A stretch of DNA of 8,126 nt from a virus (taxonomy: Duplodnaviria > Heunggongvirae > Uroviricota > Caudoviricetes), in the IMG/VR virus record IMGVR_UViG_2609460125_000011. The stretch is one strand, 5' to 3'. Numbering within the stretch: position 1 is the stretch's first letter; every line of letters starts with the position of its first letter. Under the pieces are notes generated by a model. It was not told the DNA's origin and did no database searches. It was given only the letters and a program-made list of their open reading frames with translations. Positions 1-6,380 of this stretch are shown one piece after another. A program made the position numbers and the translations under genes.

Positions 1-234
1 GGTGGAAAGCTTCTGGGGAACGCTGAAAAATGAGAGCCTGAGCCACTATCGTTTTAATAACCGGGATGTAAGCCATCTCAGTAATACGGGAATACATTGA
101 GATTTTCTACAATCGTCAGCGTTGTCACTCTCGTCTGGGGAATATCTCCCCGGCAGCCTTCAGGGAAAAATATCATCAGATGGCTGCTTAAAAAAAGAAC
201 AAATGGTAGTGTCCGCTATTGCCAGTACACCTCA
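1..234 (+). mobile_element. 3' end of an IS3-family (IS600-like) insertion sequence, partial; continues left of the window and ends with terminal ...CACCTCA at 234
   Basis: Bases 1-234 are about 98% identical to the reverse complement of 6903-7136. They encode the conserved IS3-family OrfB C-terminus (ESFWGTLKNESLSHYRFNNRD...RRHSRLGNISPAAFREKYHQMAA) followed by a terminal inverted repeat ending in CA. Confidence 0.8.
2..190 (+). pseudogene. IS3-family transposase OrfB C-terminal fragment, frameshifted
   Basis: Translation gives VESFWGTLKNESLSHYRFNNRD, then loses frame at an extra T near position 69 (gatgTaagcc versus gatgaagcc in the other copy). The frame is regained only conceptually, ending ...FREKYHQMAA with stop at 188-190. 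Confidence 0.7.
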
Positions 235-395
235 TTCAGATATGTCAGCAGCCCAAACAGCAGACTCCCCAGCACGCCTATTGCCGCCCACTGAGACGGG
301 GAAACCCTGTCCAGCAACTGCAGGAACCAGTAGCCCGTTCCCACCGCTGACGTGGTGTATGACACACCTGTTGTGATTTTTTCCATCTGGTCCAT
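216..395 (-). pseudogene. S21-type (class II, pinholin-like) holin, 3'-truncated by IS insertion
   Basis: Translation from ATG at 395 is [54 protein letters not shown], with the dual-start Met1/Met4 motif and two hydrophobic segments typical of S21 holins. A GGAG Shine-Dalgarno sits 7 nt upstream. The frame enters the IS terminal repeat at 234/235 and stops at 216 after IS-derived codons (EVYWQ); the charged C-terminal tail is missing. Confidence 0.75.
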
Positions 396-425
396 ACCCC
401 GTCTCCCGTTATCCGGAAGCTGACA

Positions 426-460
426 ACAATAAAAAAGCCACCAGTTAACTACTGATGGCT
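426..460 (-). terminator. Rho-independent terminator immediately upstream of the holin
   Basis: Minus strand reads AGCCAUCAG-uaguuaa-CUGGUGGCU (9-bp stem, one G-U pair) followed by UUUUUUAUUG. Confidence 0.5.
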
Positions 461-702
461 CTGATAACTCATGCAAGCGTCTCAGACGACCCACTGACAC
501 TACCGGTGAGTTTAACGATACCTTCCATTTGACTGGCTCACTTTTTATGATGATGCCGGTGCATTTATCTCCAGCACCAGACTTTCTATCTCAACGCCAT
601 ACGTTGCATTTTTGGTAATATCCGTCAGCGTCAGTGCATTTAGTCCCACTGCCAGACTGTCTTTTATGGCCTGGAATGCCGGGCCAGTACGATGACGTAG
701 TA

Positions 703-906
703 TCACTCCGGCTCAGTTGCACCACTGACCACCACATCACCTTCTGCTGCAATCGCCTGCATCAGGGTATAAGGGGTTATGGCCACCGGACTACCAAACG
801 GCTGCCAGCCCTCTTTCAGTTTATGTGTCAGCTTTTCCGCAAGATCTGACGGCGGCGCCGCCCTGACAACATCATAGTGTTTAAATGCCATGGTTCTTTC
901 CAACAT
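703..906 (-). CDS. Small conserved prophage protein of unknown function (possibly DUF1737-like)
   Basis: 67-codon ORF (MLERTMAFKHYDVVRAAPPSDLAEKLTHKLKEGWQPFGSPVAITPYTLMQAIAAEGDVVVSGATEPE) with normal GC and an SD-like GGAAAG before the internal Met at 891, which may be the true start. Family assignment is from memory only. Confidence 0.5.
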   Translation of the reverse strand: MLERTMAFKHYDVVRAAPPSDLAEKLTHKLKEGWQPFGSPVAITPYTLMQAIAAEGDVVVSGATEPE

Positions 907-1150
907 CTGAAAAATAATTCTTTAAAATACCTGACATGTAATACAGAAAAAACACAAAACCATACCTTAAATAAAAACCTGATTATCAAGCAGATATGCA
1001 TGGATAAACTACAAGACGAGATATAAACCACCCTGCATTTAAATAAACAATAAACAACATCAGAAAAATAATTCTGCTCTATGGTTTAATTCAAAAATAT
1101 CATTTATACTTTTCAGAACATCACCAGCAAGGCATAAACAAGGAAACTAA

Positions 1151-1486
1151 ATGAAGTGGATTGTGATTGATACAGTTATCCAGCCATCATGCGGAATATC
1201 TTTTTCAGTCATATGGAGTAAAATAAAATTAATAATCTGGTATCAATCGGATGCTTTCTTACCTCCTGAAAGTATATTTACACTGACTCACACAGGCATC
1301 ATGCTCAATAACAAAGTGCTACCTGTAACCATTTACAACGTAGTACCATTCAATAAAACATTCTGGAATTTAATCAAAAACAGCCAGGAATGCCCTACAA
1401 ATACAGATAACGTATTGAATGAATGCTTTAATAACCGTTGCACTCTGCAAATATGTCCTTATGGACTAAAACAACAAAGTCCATAA
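1151..1486 (+). CDS. Hypothetical AT-rich cargo protein with a C-terminal four-cysteine cluster
   Basis: 111-codon ORF with AGGAA Shine-Dalgarno 6 nt before ATG, AT-rich upstream region with a TATACT -10-like hexamer, and low GC relative to neighbours. Six of 13 Ile codons are AUA. C-terminus reads [27 protein letters not shown]. No homolog recognised. Confidence 0.5.
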   Translation: MKWIVIDTVIQPSCGISFSVIWSKIKLIIWYQSDAFLPPESIFTLTHTGIMLNNKVLPVTIYNVVPFNKTFWNLIKNSQECPTNTDNVLNECFNNRCTLQICPYGLKQQSP

Positions 1487-1489
1487 GGA
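1456..1489 (+). other. Perfect 12-bp inverted repeat spanning the stop codon of the 1151-1486 ORF; possible terminator or RNA stability element
   Basis: TCCTTATGGACT (1456-1467), 10-nt loop, AGTCCATAAGGA (1478-1489), followed by GTTTACTC. Confidence 0.4.
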
Positions 1490-1521
1490 GTTTACTCACA
1501 TCTGACAAAATCAATATAAAC

Positions 1522-1541
1522 AGCCCCTCCGGAGAGGGGCT
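1522..1541 (-). terminator. Rho-independent terminator for minus-strand transcripts leaving the cargo region
   Basis: AGCCCCTC-tccg-GAGGGGCT hairpin (8-bp GC-rich stem) followed on the minus strand by GUUUAUAUUGAUUUUG. The plus-strand side lacks a U-tract. Confidence 0.5.
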
Positions 1542-1933
1542 GGAGAGTGGCGCTATGTGCCATTCCATGGTGCCGGGTGCCTCCCGGTGAATTCAGTACC
1601 AGCACCTGAATCCGCGATTATCCCATATACCTACTCGCTGATTGCCCCTCCGCACAGGGGGATTCACCATGCCAGTTTCTTTTAACAAACTCCCCGCAAA
1701 CCAGACAACAGTCAACCGCCTGAATTGTGAAGTATTTAAAAATTTCTCCCGCTAACTGATACCCGGCTAACAGTCTGGCGTTTTCTTTTTCAGCAACGGG
1801 AAAGCAACAACCACCACACCCGCCACCAGCACACCGTCAGCCGGCACTGACATTATCCGGCTGCTGCAATGCCATTAACAAAAACAGTAAGCAATCACTT
1901 TTTACCGTAACAGGTGATAATCCAGATATGTAT

Positions 1934-2287
1934 CTACCCCAGATGAGTAATCCGAAGTTCATCCATACCACAGGTCCTGGCTATTCTGTTGTACTCCTGA
2001 ACAAGAGCAAATAATTCTGAATTAGCAACCATGAACTCATCGCAAACCCTCTGTATAGCATCACTATTCAGAATAATAACGTCTCTTCCCGAAAGACGAT
2101 CAGGAGTACAGAACAAAACTGTCAAACGGCTGAAGGCCTTTGCTCGTGCTGCATTGACTATATCAATACGCTGCCTAAGGATGAAACACCCCGACGCCTC
2201 ATCAATATTCACTCTACCCACACCATATGAATGATAAATACTTAATGCTGAAAAAACCATTAGACCGTATAACAAATACTCAATCAA
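1934..2287 (-). CDS. Hypothetical cargo protein directly downstream of the phage tRNA genes
   Basis: 117-codon ORF with hydrophobic N-terminus (MIEYLLYGLMVFSALSIY...). Six of 11 Arg codons are AGA/AGG and 3 of 11 Ile codons are AUA, matching the adjacent tRNAs. Start is TTG, or ATG at codon 10, with no convincing Shine-Dalgarno, so expression is uncertain. Confidence 0.35.
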   Translation of the reverse strand: MIEYLLYGLMVFSALSIYHSYGVGRVNIDEASGCFILRQRIDIVNAARAKAFSRLTVLFCTPDRLSGRDVIILNSDAIQRVCDEFMVANSELFALVQEYNRIARTCGMDELRITHLG

Positions 2288-2397
2288 TACTTAACAGAAC
2301 TTTTATTTTTGACAAATATATAATATTTTCAACAATATCCTGAGCCAGGTATATTTCAGTATAAGGCTCTGCCGGAAGGAATCTGGAAGAATGAATA

Positions 2398-2474
2398 TGG
2401 CGCGCTGTACTGGATTCGAACCAGTGACCGATTGCTTAGAAGGCAATTGCTCTGTCCGGCTGAGCTAACAACGC
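2398..2474 (-). tRNA. tRNA-Arg (anticodon UCU), phage-type
   Basis: 77-nt cloverleaf on the minus strand: acceptor GCGUUGU/ACAGCGC, D-stem GCUC/GAGC, anticodon stem AUUGC/GCAAU with loop CUUCUAA, T-arm ACUGG-UUCGAAU-CCAGU, discriminator G, encoded CCA. Differs from chromosomal argU. Confidence 0.85.
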
Positions 2475-2575
2475 TGAATACCGATAATGGACCGCCATCG
2501 GGGACCCGCCCCCCGCACCAACAACCCTGTTATCGTGTCGTCTGCTCTTCCTGATAAGCTAATGGCGGTTTGTGA

Positions 2576-2651
2576 TGGTGGCCCTTGCTGGATTTGAACC
2601 AGCGACCTGGCGATTATGAGTCGCTCGCTCTCACCACTGAGCTAAAGGGCC
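2576..2651 (-). tRNA. tRNA-Ile2 (anticodon CAU, lysidine type; ileX/ileZ-like)
   Basis: 76-nt cloverleaf: GGCCCUUUAGCUCAGUGGUGAGAGCGAGCGACUCAUAAUCGCCAGGUCGCUGGUUCAAAUCCAGCAAGGGCCACCA. Close to E. coli ileX in arms and anticodon stem-loop, and not like tRNA-Met. Confidence 0.8.
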
Positions 2652-2690
2652 GGGAGCAGAATAATAACGGTCCGTAATTAATTTCGCAAT

Positions 2691-2715
2691 AAAAAAACCC
2701 GCTCAGCGGCGGGTT
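2691..2715 (-). terminator. tR'-like intrinsic terminator of the short late leader RNA
   Basis: Minus strand reads CCCGCCGCUGAGCGGG followed by a 7-U tract, about 50 nt downstream of the late promoter. Confidence 0.65.
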
Positions 2716-2762
2716 GTAGAAACTCTTCTAACGCCAGGCATAAAACGCCCATCATTATGACG

Positions 2763-2790
2763 AATTTACCACAGATTCCGGAAAAATCAA
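2763..2790 (-). promoter_or_regulatory. Putative late promoter (pR'-like) downstream of Q
   Basis: Minus strand TTGATT (-35), 16-nt spacer, TAAATT (-10), immediately after the Q stop codon and upstream of the tR'-like terminator. Confidence 0.5.
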
Positions 2791-2795
2791 CCTTG

Positions 2796-3617
2796 TTACC
2801 TAGTTACCTTTTTTAACTGCCGCTCAGCCCATGCTTCTTCAATATCAAACCGGGTCACCAGCGCATCATAAAATTTCTTAACTGTTTTTTCCCATGACGC
2901 GCGTGTTATCTGGTTTGTCACCTCGCATATAGCATTAAATGCCTCCGTTGATGGTAGTCTTTCATAGCCACGACCACCACAACGCTGGCAGTCTCTGATA
3001 ACAGGCATACCACGTTTTACCGACTCTTCACGATGAATGGCGACACCACGCCCACGGCAATCCTTACAGGCGGTGGAAACCTCACCCTTTCCGCCACACT
3101 CCGGACAGGCAACTTTTACCACCTCCCTGACTTTTTTCCATTCTTCCCAGTAAGACGGATACACACCTTTCGTACACTTTGCCCATACCGGCGGCTTACC
3201 ATCCGGATACTGGATCTTGTTTGTAAAAACTATGCTTTCAATAAATTTTTCCCCATAGCAACAAGGGCACTGCTTTTTACTCGCTGCGCTGCGGGCATAA
3301 TCCTCAAAAGCGTACGAAGCCATAATGCGCATCACTACCGGTTTTATTTCTGCCGGAAGTTTTCTCAACGCCGCCACACGATCGCACCGACTGAGTGCAT
3401 AATCTGCCAGTAATTCTGTTGCCCGCGCCCTGTCATTCATACTGATGCCCATTTTCCCCAGGAACGCAGAAAAACCCATCTCAGCCCGATTCTGTGTCAT
3501 GCCCTGCGCGGCCATCACATCAGTGATACTCAGCGCATCTTTTGACGTTGAGGCCGATGCATCGGTCAGGCCAGGGGATTTTGGGGAGTAGTATTTCGGT
3601 AAATCTTCCAGTTTCAT
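2796..3617 (-). CDS. Late-gene antiterminator Q-like protein with a DnaJ-like cysteine-rich repeat region
   Basis: 273-codon ORF placed where Q sits in lambdoid phages (after the nin/rusA region, before the late promoter, tR', tRNAs and holin). Contains CPCCYGEK, CPECGGKG, CKDCRGRG and CQRCGGRG motifs. Resembles the QuuQ/YdfT family from memory. Confidence 0.7.
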   Translation of the reverse strand: MKLEDLPKYYSPKSPGLTDASASTSKDALSITDVMAAQGMTQNRAEMGFSAFLGKMGISMNDRARATELLADYALSRCDRVAALRKLPAEIKPVVMRIMASYAFEDYARSAASKKQCPCCYGEKFIESIVFTNKIQYPDGKPPVWAKCTKGVYPSYWEEWKKVREVVKVACPECGGKGEVSTACKDCRGRGVAIHREESVKRGMPVIRDCQRCGGRGYERLPSTEAFNAICEVTNQITRASWEKTVKKFYDALVTRFDIEEAWAERQLKKVTR

Positions 3618-3631
3618 TTTTTGACCTGCTC

Positions 3632-3988
3632 TTAATGCATTATGGGGTAAATCTTCACCCCCAGACGTCCACCAGATACTGGCTGACCACGAACGATATT
3701 GATTTCATCAAACTGCTCATCGTCCATTAACACTCCCGCATGCGTCAGCGCATCCAGCGGTGCTTTCAGGATATTGTCCAGGTCGCGACGACGCTTATCC
3801 GGTGGCTCTGCAATCACCTTTATCGCCAGCCTTCCGGACAGGCTTAATTTCAGCCGCTGCTGGCGAACAATAAGCGCCACAGCCCGGCGATAACGCTTTC
3901 CCTCCTCCGAGATAAAATATGTGCTGCCACGGCGTCGCCAGTAAGTGTTCACCGTCGGCGGGTAAGGTAAAACCAAATCTATGAGCAT
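3632..3988 (-). CDS. rusA: RusA-family Holliday junction resolvase
   Basis: 118-codon ORF with GAGGTGA Shine-Dalgarno. Contains the conserved RusA core PDKRRRDLDNILKAPLDALTHAGVLMDDEQ (compare E. coli RusA [30 protein letters not shown]). Confidence 0.85.
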   Translation of the reverse strand: MLIDLVLPYPPTVNTYWRRRGSTYFISEEGKRYRRAVALIVRQQRLKLSLSGRLAIKVIAEPPDKRRRDLDNILKAPLDALTHAGVLMDDEQFDEINIVRGQPVSGGRLGVKIYPIMH

Positions 3989-4000
3989 CAGTCACCTCTT

Positions 4001-5050
4001 TTACCCAAGCACGCCAGTTGCAAAGGCGTGATCAAGAAAACGAAAAATTAAATCAACCTGAGAACCATGCTTTTCTTCGAACGCCAGAGGATCCGCATGA
4101 AGCTCGTTGTGATGCTCCCGACACAGCGGTAGCGTGAAAATATCGTGAGATTTGGTCCCCATTCCGCCCTGACCATGACCAATCAGGTGATGGGGATCGT
4201 CGGCTGGCTTACCACAACACGCACACGGCTGTGTCTTCACCCAGCGTTTGTATTTCTCGTTAACCCAGCGGCGACGTTTAGGTCGTTTCATGAAAGATTC
4301 CGGAGACTCAGGATCAACGGCAATGCTGACCACCGTCTTTTCCTGTTGTGGGTTCTGTTGCTGGTGGGCGTGAGGCAGCGGCGCAAGATTTTTTGTGCGC
4401 TGTTTCAGTATGCTGGTGGCGGTCTGCTCTCCCGGTACGATGTCGCTTTCACGGTACATTGAGCGGATTTTTTCCGCACGCAACCCCAGCGAACGACGTA
4501 ATACCGCTTCCGGTAGCGCGTCCGCCACCTGATTGCGGACCGCCCACCAGGATAATTCAGCTAGAGATAATTCACGCTCCTGCGTACCGCTTATTGCGTG
4601 ACCGATGACGTCAATCATCCATGCTGACAGGTTTTGATGAGCAAGTTGCTCGAGTGATTCGGATGTCTGGTCACGCAGCTGGTTGTCGCAGTGCCAGCAC
4701 AATACCATTGCGCCGGTACCATAACGGTGAATGACGGTTTCGCTGTGATGATAATCGCCGTGTGGCCACTGGCAGGATTTAATATGGCGCAACAGCCAGT
4801 CAGACAATGCGCCAGCACCACCAGCAGCACGAATCACCCGTGCGTTACTGAAAAACGGCAGCAATGTTTTGTCTTCCACTAGCGGCTGGCGAACGGCAGG
4901 AACGACCCCGGACGGCAGATTACGCATGCTTTTCGGTTCCGGCTCCACCAGTACCCGGGTATTGTGGAATACCGGCATGGATTCACGACCGGGCTTAAGG
5001 ACCACCAGCCCGAGTTCCGGAACCAGAACAGGTCGAAGTAATACCCGCAC
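4001..5050 (-). CDS. ydfU: YdfU-like prophage protein (DUF968-type) with a C-terminal HNH-like Cys/His motif
   Basis: 349-codon ORF with GTG start preceded by GGAGG. Its stop lies in the Shine-Dalgarno region of rusA, suggesting coupling. C-terminal CACCGKPADDPHHLIGHG...CREHHNELH. Same length and position as ydfU in the K-12 Qin prophage as I recall it. Confidence 0.7.
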   Translation of the reverse strand: MRVLLRPVLVPELGLVVLKPGRESMPVFHNTRVLVEPEPKSMRNLPSGVVPAVRQPLVEDKTLLPFFSNARVIRAAGGAGALSDWLLRHIKSCQWPHGDYHHSETVIHRYGTGAMVLCWHCDNQLRDQTSESLEQLAHQNLSAWMIDVIGHAISGTQERELSLAELSWWAVRNQVADALPEAVLRRSLGLRAEKIRSMYRESDIVPGEQTATSILKQRTKNLAPLPHAHQQQNPQQEKTVVSIAVDPESPESFMKRPKRRRWVNEKYKRWVKTQPCACCGKPADDPHHLIGHGQGGMGTKSHDIFTLPLCREHHNELHADPLAFEEKHGSQVDLIFRFLDHAFATGVLG

Positions 5051-5129
5051 GTTACCTCCAGATCCGTTGCTGGAATGTGCGGGACGGACGCGGTGGCTGT
5101 TCGGAGTAAGGGAGCCTGACGGAGATTAT

Positions 5130-5330
5130 CTAGTGACGGTAGTCGAGGCTAAGGGCTTTTTTAACCTCGCATCCGCGCCTGCGGTAACACTGAATAAGCC
5201 ATTCGGCCTGTTCTTCAGTGCATGAGGGATGCTGGTACCAGTCTGACTTAAATGCGTGAGAATACCGCTCGTGCGTGTGGGCAAGAACGGTCGAATTATC
5301 ATGATTGTAATATTTTGCGTTGCGTGCCAT
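5130..5330 (-). CDS. Hypothetical small protein
   Basis: 66-codon ORF (MARNAKYYNHDNSTVLAHTHERYSHAFKSDWYQHPSCTEEQAEWLIQCYRRRGCEVKKALSLDYRH) with GGAG Shine-Dalgarno 7 nt upstream of ATG. Confidence 0.5.
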   Translation of the reverse strand: MARNAKYYNHDNSTVLAHTHERYSHAFKSDWYQHPSCTEEQAEWLIQCYRRRGCEVKKALSLDYRH

Positions 5331-5396
5331 CGGTTTTCTCCGGTGGCACGGTGTTACTCAGCGGGAGTTCAGCCCCGCGCAAGATTGTAGATGAGT

Positions 5397-5648
5397 TTAT
5401 TCTTCTGAAAAAGCAGAAAAGCCAGCTTTTATTCCGATCTCTTTCAATGCCTGTAATGAAGTGACAAACTCACCGTCGCGCAAGATAAATCCGTCCGTCA
5501 CTCGGGCATCCACAAAATTAATTAACGCAGCCCCATTTTTTTGCAAACACACAATGCGGTAATGACTAACAATATTTCCATTTTCAACGCACACAGCATA
5601 GAGGCCATCTTCACAAAAAATTTTACGCAGTTCTTCGATGTTCATCAT
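5397..5648 (-). CDS. rem: Rem-like small prophage protein
   Basis: 83-codon ORF with GGAAGGA Shine-Dalgarno, a promoter-like TTGAAG-18-TAGAAT upstream, and a position between ydfU and hokD as in Qin. Assigned by length and synteny, not sequence. Confidence 0.55.
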   Translation of the reverse strand: MMNIEELRKIFCEDGLYAVCVENGNIVSHYRIVCLQKNGAALINFVDARVTDGFILRDGEFVTSLQALKEIGIKAGFSAFSEE

Positions 5649-5765
5649 CAGAATCCTTCCAGATAAGTAGCACTCCCCTGTTCGGGGTCCATCCCTTTTA
5701 TCCCTGCGCGCTACTTAAGTATTTTTGATTCTATTCCGGCACCATCCAGAACTTCAAATGCGTTG

Positions 5766-5798
5766 AAAATAAAAACAAAAACCCGCCGAAGCGGGTTT
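5766..5798 (-). terminator. Rho-independent terminator of the relB-relE-hokD operon
   Basis: Minus strand ACCCGC-uucg-GCGGGU hairpin followed by UUUUGUUUUUAUUUU. Confidence 0.6.
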
Positions 5799-5865
5799 AG
5801 TGCGGGTGCGTTGAGGATGCCTGCCACATCAGAGGTGGCGAGGGATTTCTCACTCGCCGGGTCTC

Positions 5866-6021
5866 TTACTCCTCAGGTTCGTAAGCTGTGAAGACAGCGA
5901 CCTCCGTCTGGCCGGTTCGGATTCGTACCTCGCAGAGGTCTTTCCTCGTTACCAGTGCCGTCACTATGACGGTTAAACAGATGACGATCAGGGCGATTAA
6001 CATCGCCTTTTGCTGCTTCAT
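5866..6021 (-). CDS. hokD: Hok-family type I toxin (HokD/RelF)
   Basis: 51-codon ORF below the ORF-track length cutoff: MKQQKAMLIALIVICLTVIVTALVTRKDLCEVRIRTGQTEVAVFTAYEPEE. Matches E. coli HokD as I recall it and has the Hok-family single transmembrane helix. Confidence 0.85.
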   Translation of the reverse strand: MKQQKAMLIALIVICLTVIVTALVTRKDLCEVRIRTGQTEVAVFTAYEPEE

Positions 6022-6092
6022 AGCCTGCTTCTCCTGTCAACGCAAAGCAGAAGTGTCACCTTCGGTGCGAAACAGAGATGTCATGCTTTGGT

Positions 6093-6380
6093 TCAGAGAA
6101 TGCGTTTGACCGCCTCGCTATATACTTCCGAGCGTTCTCTTTTCCCAACAGAAATCACGAAAACGACAACTTTCTCGTCTATAACCTGGTATACAAGGCG
6201 ATAGCCTGAAGACCGGAGCTTAATCTTGTAACAATCAGGCATACCACGGAGCTTGTTTGCTTCAATCCGGGGTGACTCAAGTACTTCAACCAGCTTCTTT
6301 TTCAACTGTTCACGTACCGTCGAGCCCAGCTTTCGCCATTCCTTTAGTGCCCGCTCGTCAAAATCCAGAAAATACGCCAT
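6093..6380 (-). CDS. relE: RelE mRNA interferase toxin (type II)
   Basis: 95-aa product MAYFLDFDERALKEWRKLGSTV...VISVGKRERSEVYSEAVKRIL is essentially E. coli RelE. Its ATG overlaps the relB stop (ATGA). Confidence 0.95.
   Translation of the reverse strand: MAYFLDFDERALKEWRKLGSTVREQLKKKLVEVLESPRIEANKLRGMPDCYKIKLRSSGYRLVYQVIDEKVVVFVISVGKRERSEVYSEAVKRIL

Noticed and set aside
97-376. Plus-strand ORFs 97-294 and 122-376 from the ORF track
   Set aside because: They lie in alternative frames of the IS transposase 3' end and its terminal repeat, and run antisense across the holin remnant; artefacts of the frameshifted IS end.
634-1031. ORFs 634-849 (+) and 828-1031 (-)
   Set aside because: The first is antisense to the better-supported 703-906 gene. 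The second is a low-complexity frame in AT-rich intergenic DNA overlapping that gene's start, with no ribosome-binding site.
2031-2234. Plus-strand 67-aa ORF antisense to the 117-aa cargo ORF
   Set aside because: No Shine-Dalgarno and fully nested antisense. The minus-strand frame is longer and has the rare-codon signature, though neither is certain.
1934-2397. Shiga toxin genes (stxA/stxB) in the position downstream of the phage tRNAs
   Set aside because: No reading frame of the right size or with the StxA N-terminal signal sequence or StxB-like features is present; the ORF here is unrelated.
2475-2575. Possible third (degenerate) tRNA in the 101-bp spacer between tRNA-Arg and tRNA-Ile, by analogy with the three-tRNA cluster of Stx phages
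   Set aside because: No T-loop (GTTCGAAT-like) or acceptor-stem pairing could be found by eye; it needs a tRNA scanner or covariance model to exclude a remnant.
3033-3995. ORFs 3033-3413 (+), 3542-3730 (+), 3699-3893 (+) and 3795-3995 (-)
   Set aside because: Alternative-frame or antisense overlaps of the Q and rusA coding regions, which have clear protein-family signatures.
4145-5225. ORFs 4145-4462, 4348-4608, 4691-4882 and 4869-5225 (+) and 4615-4830 (-)
   Set aside because: All nested within or antisense to the 349-aa YdfU-like gene, with no independent support.
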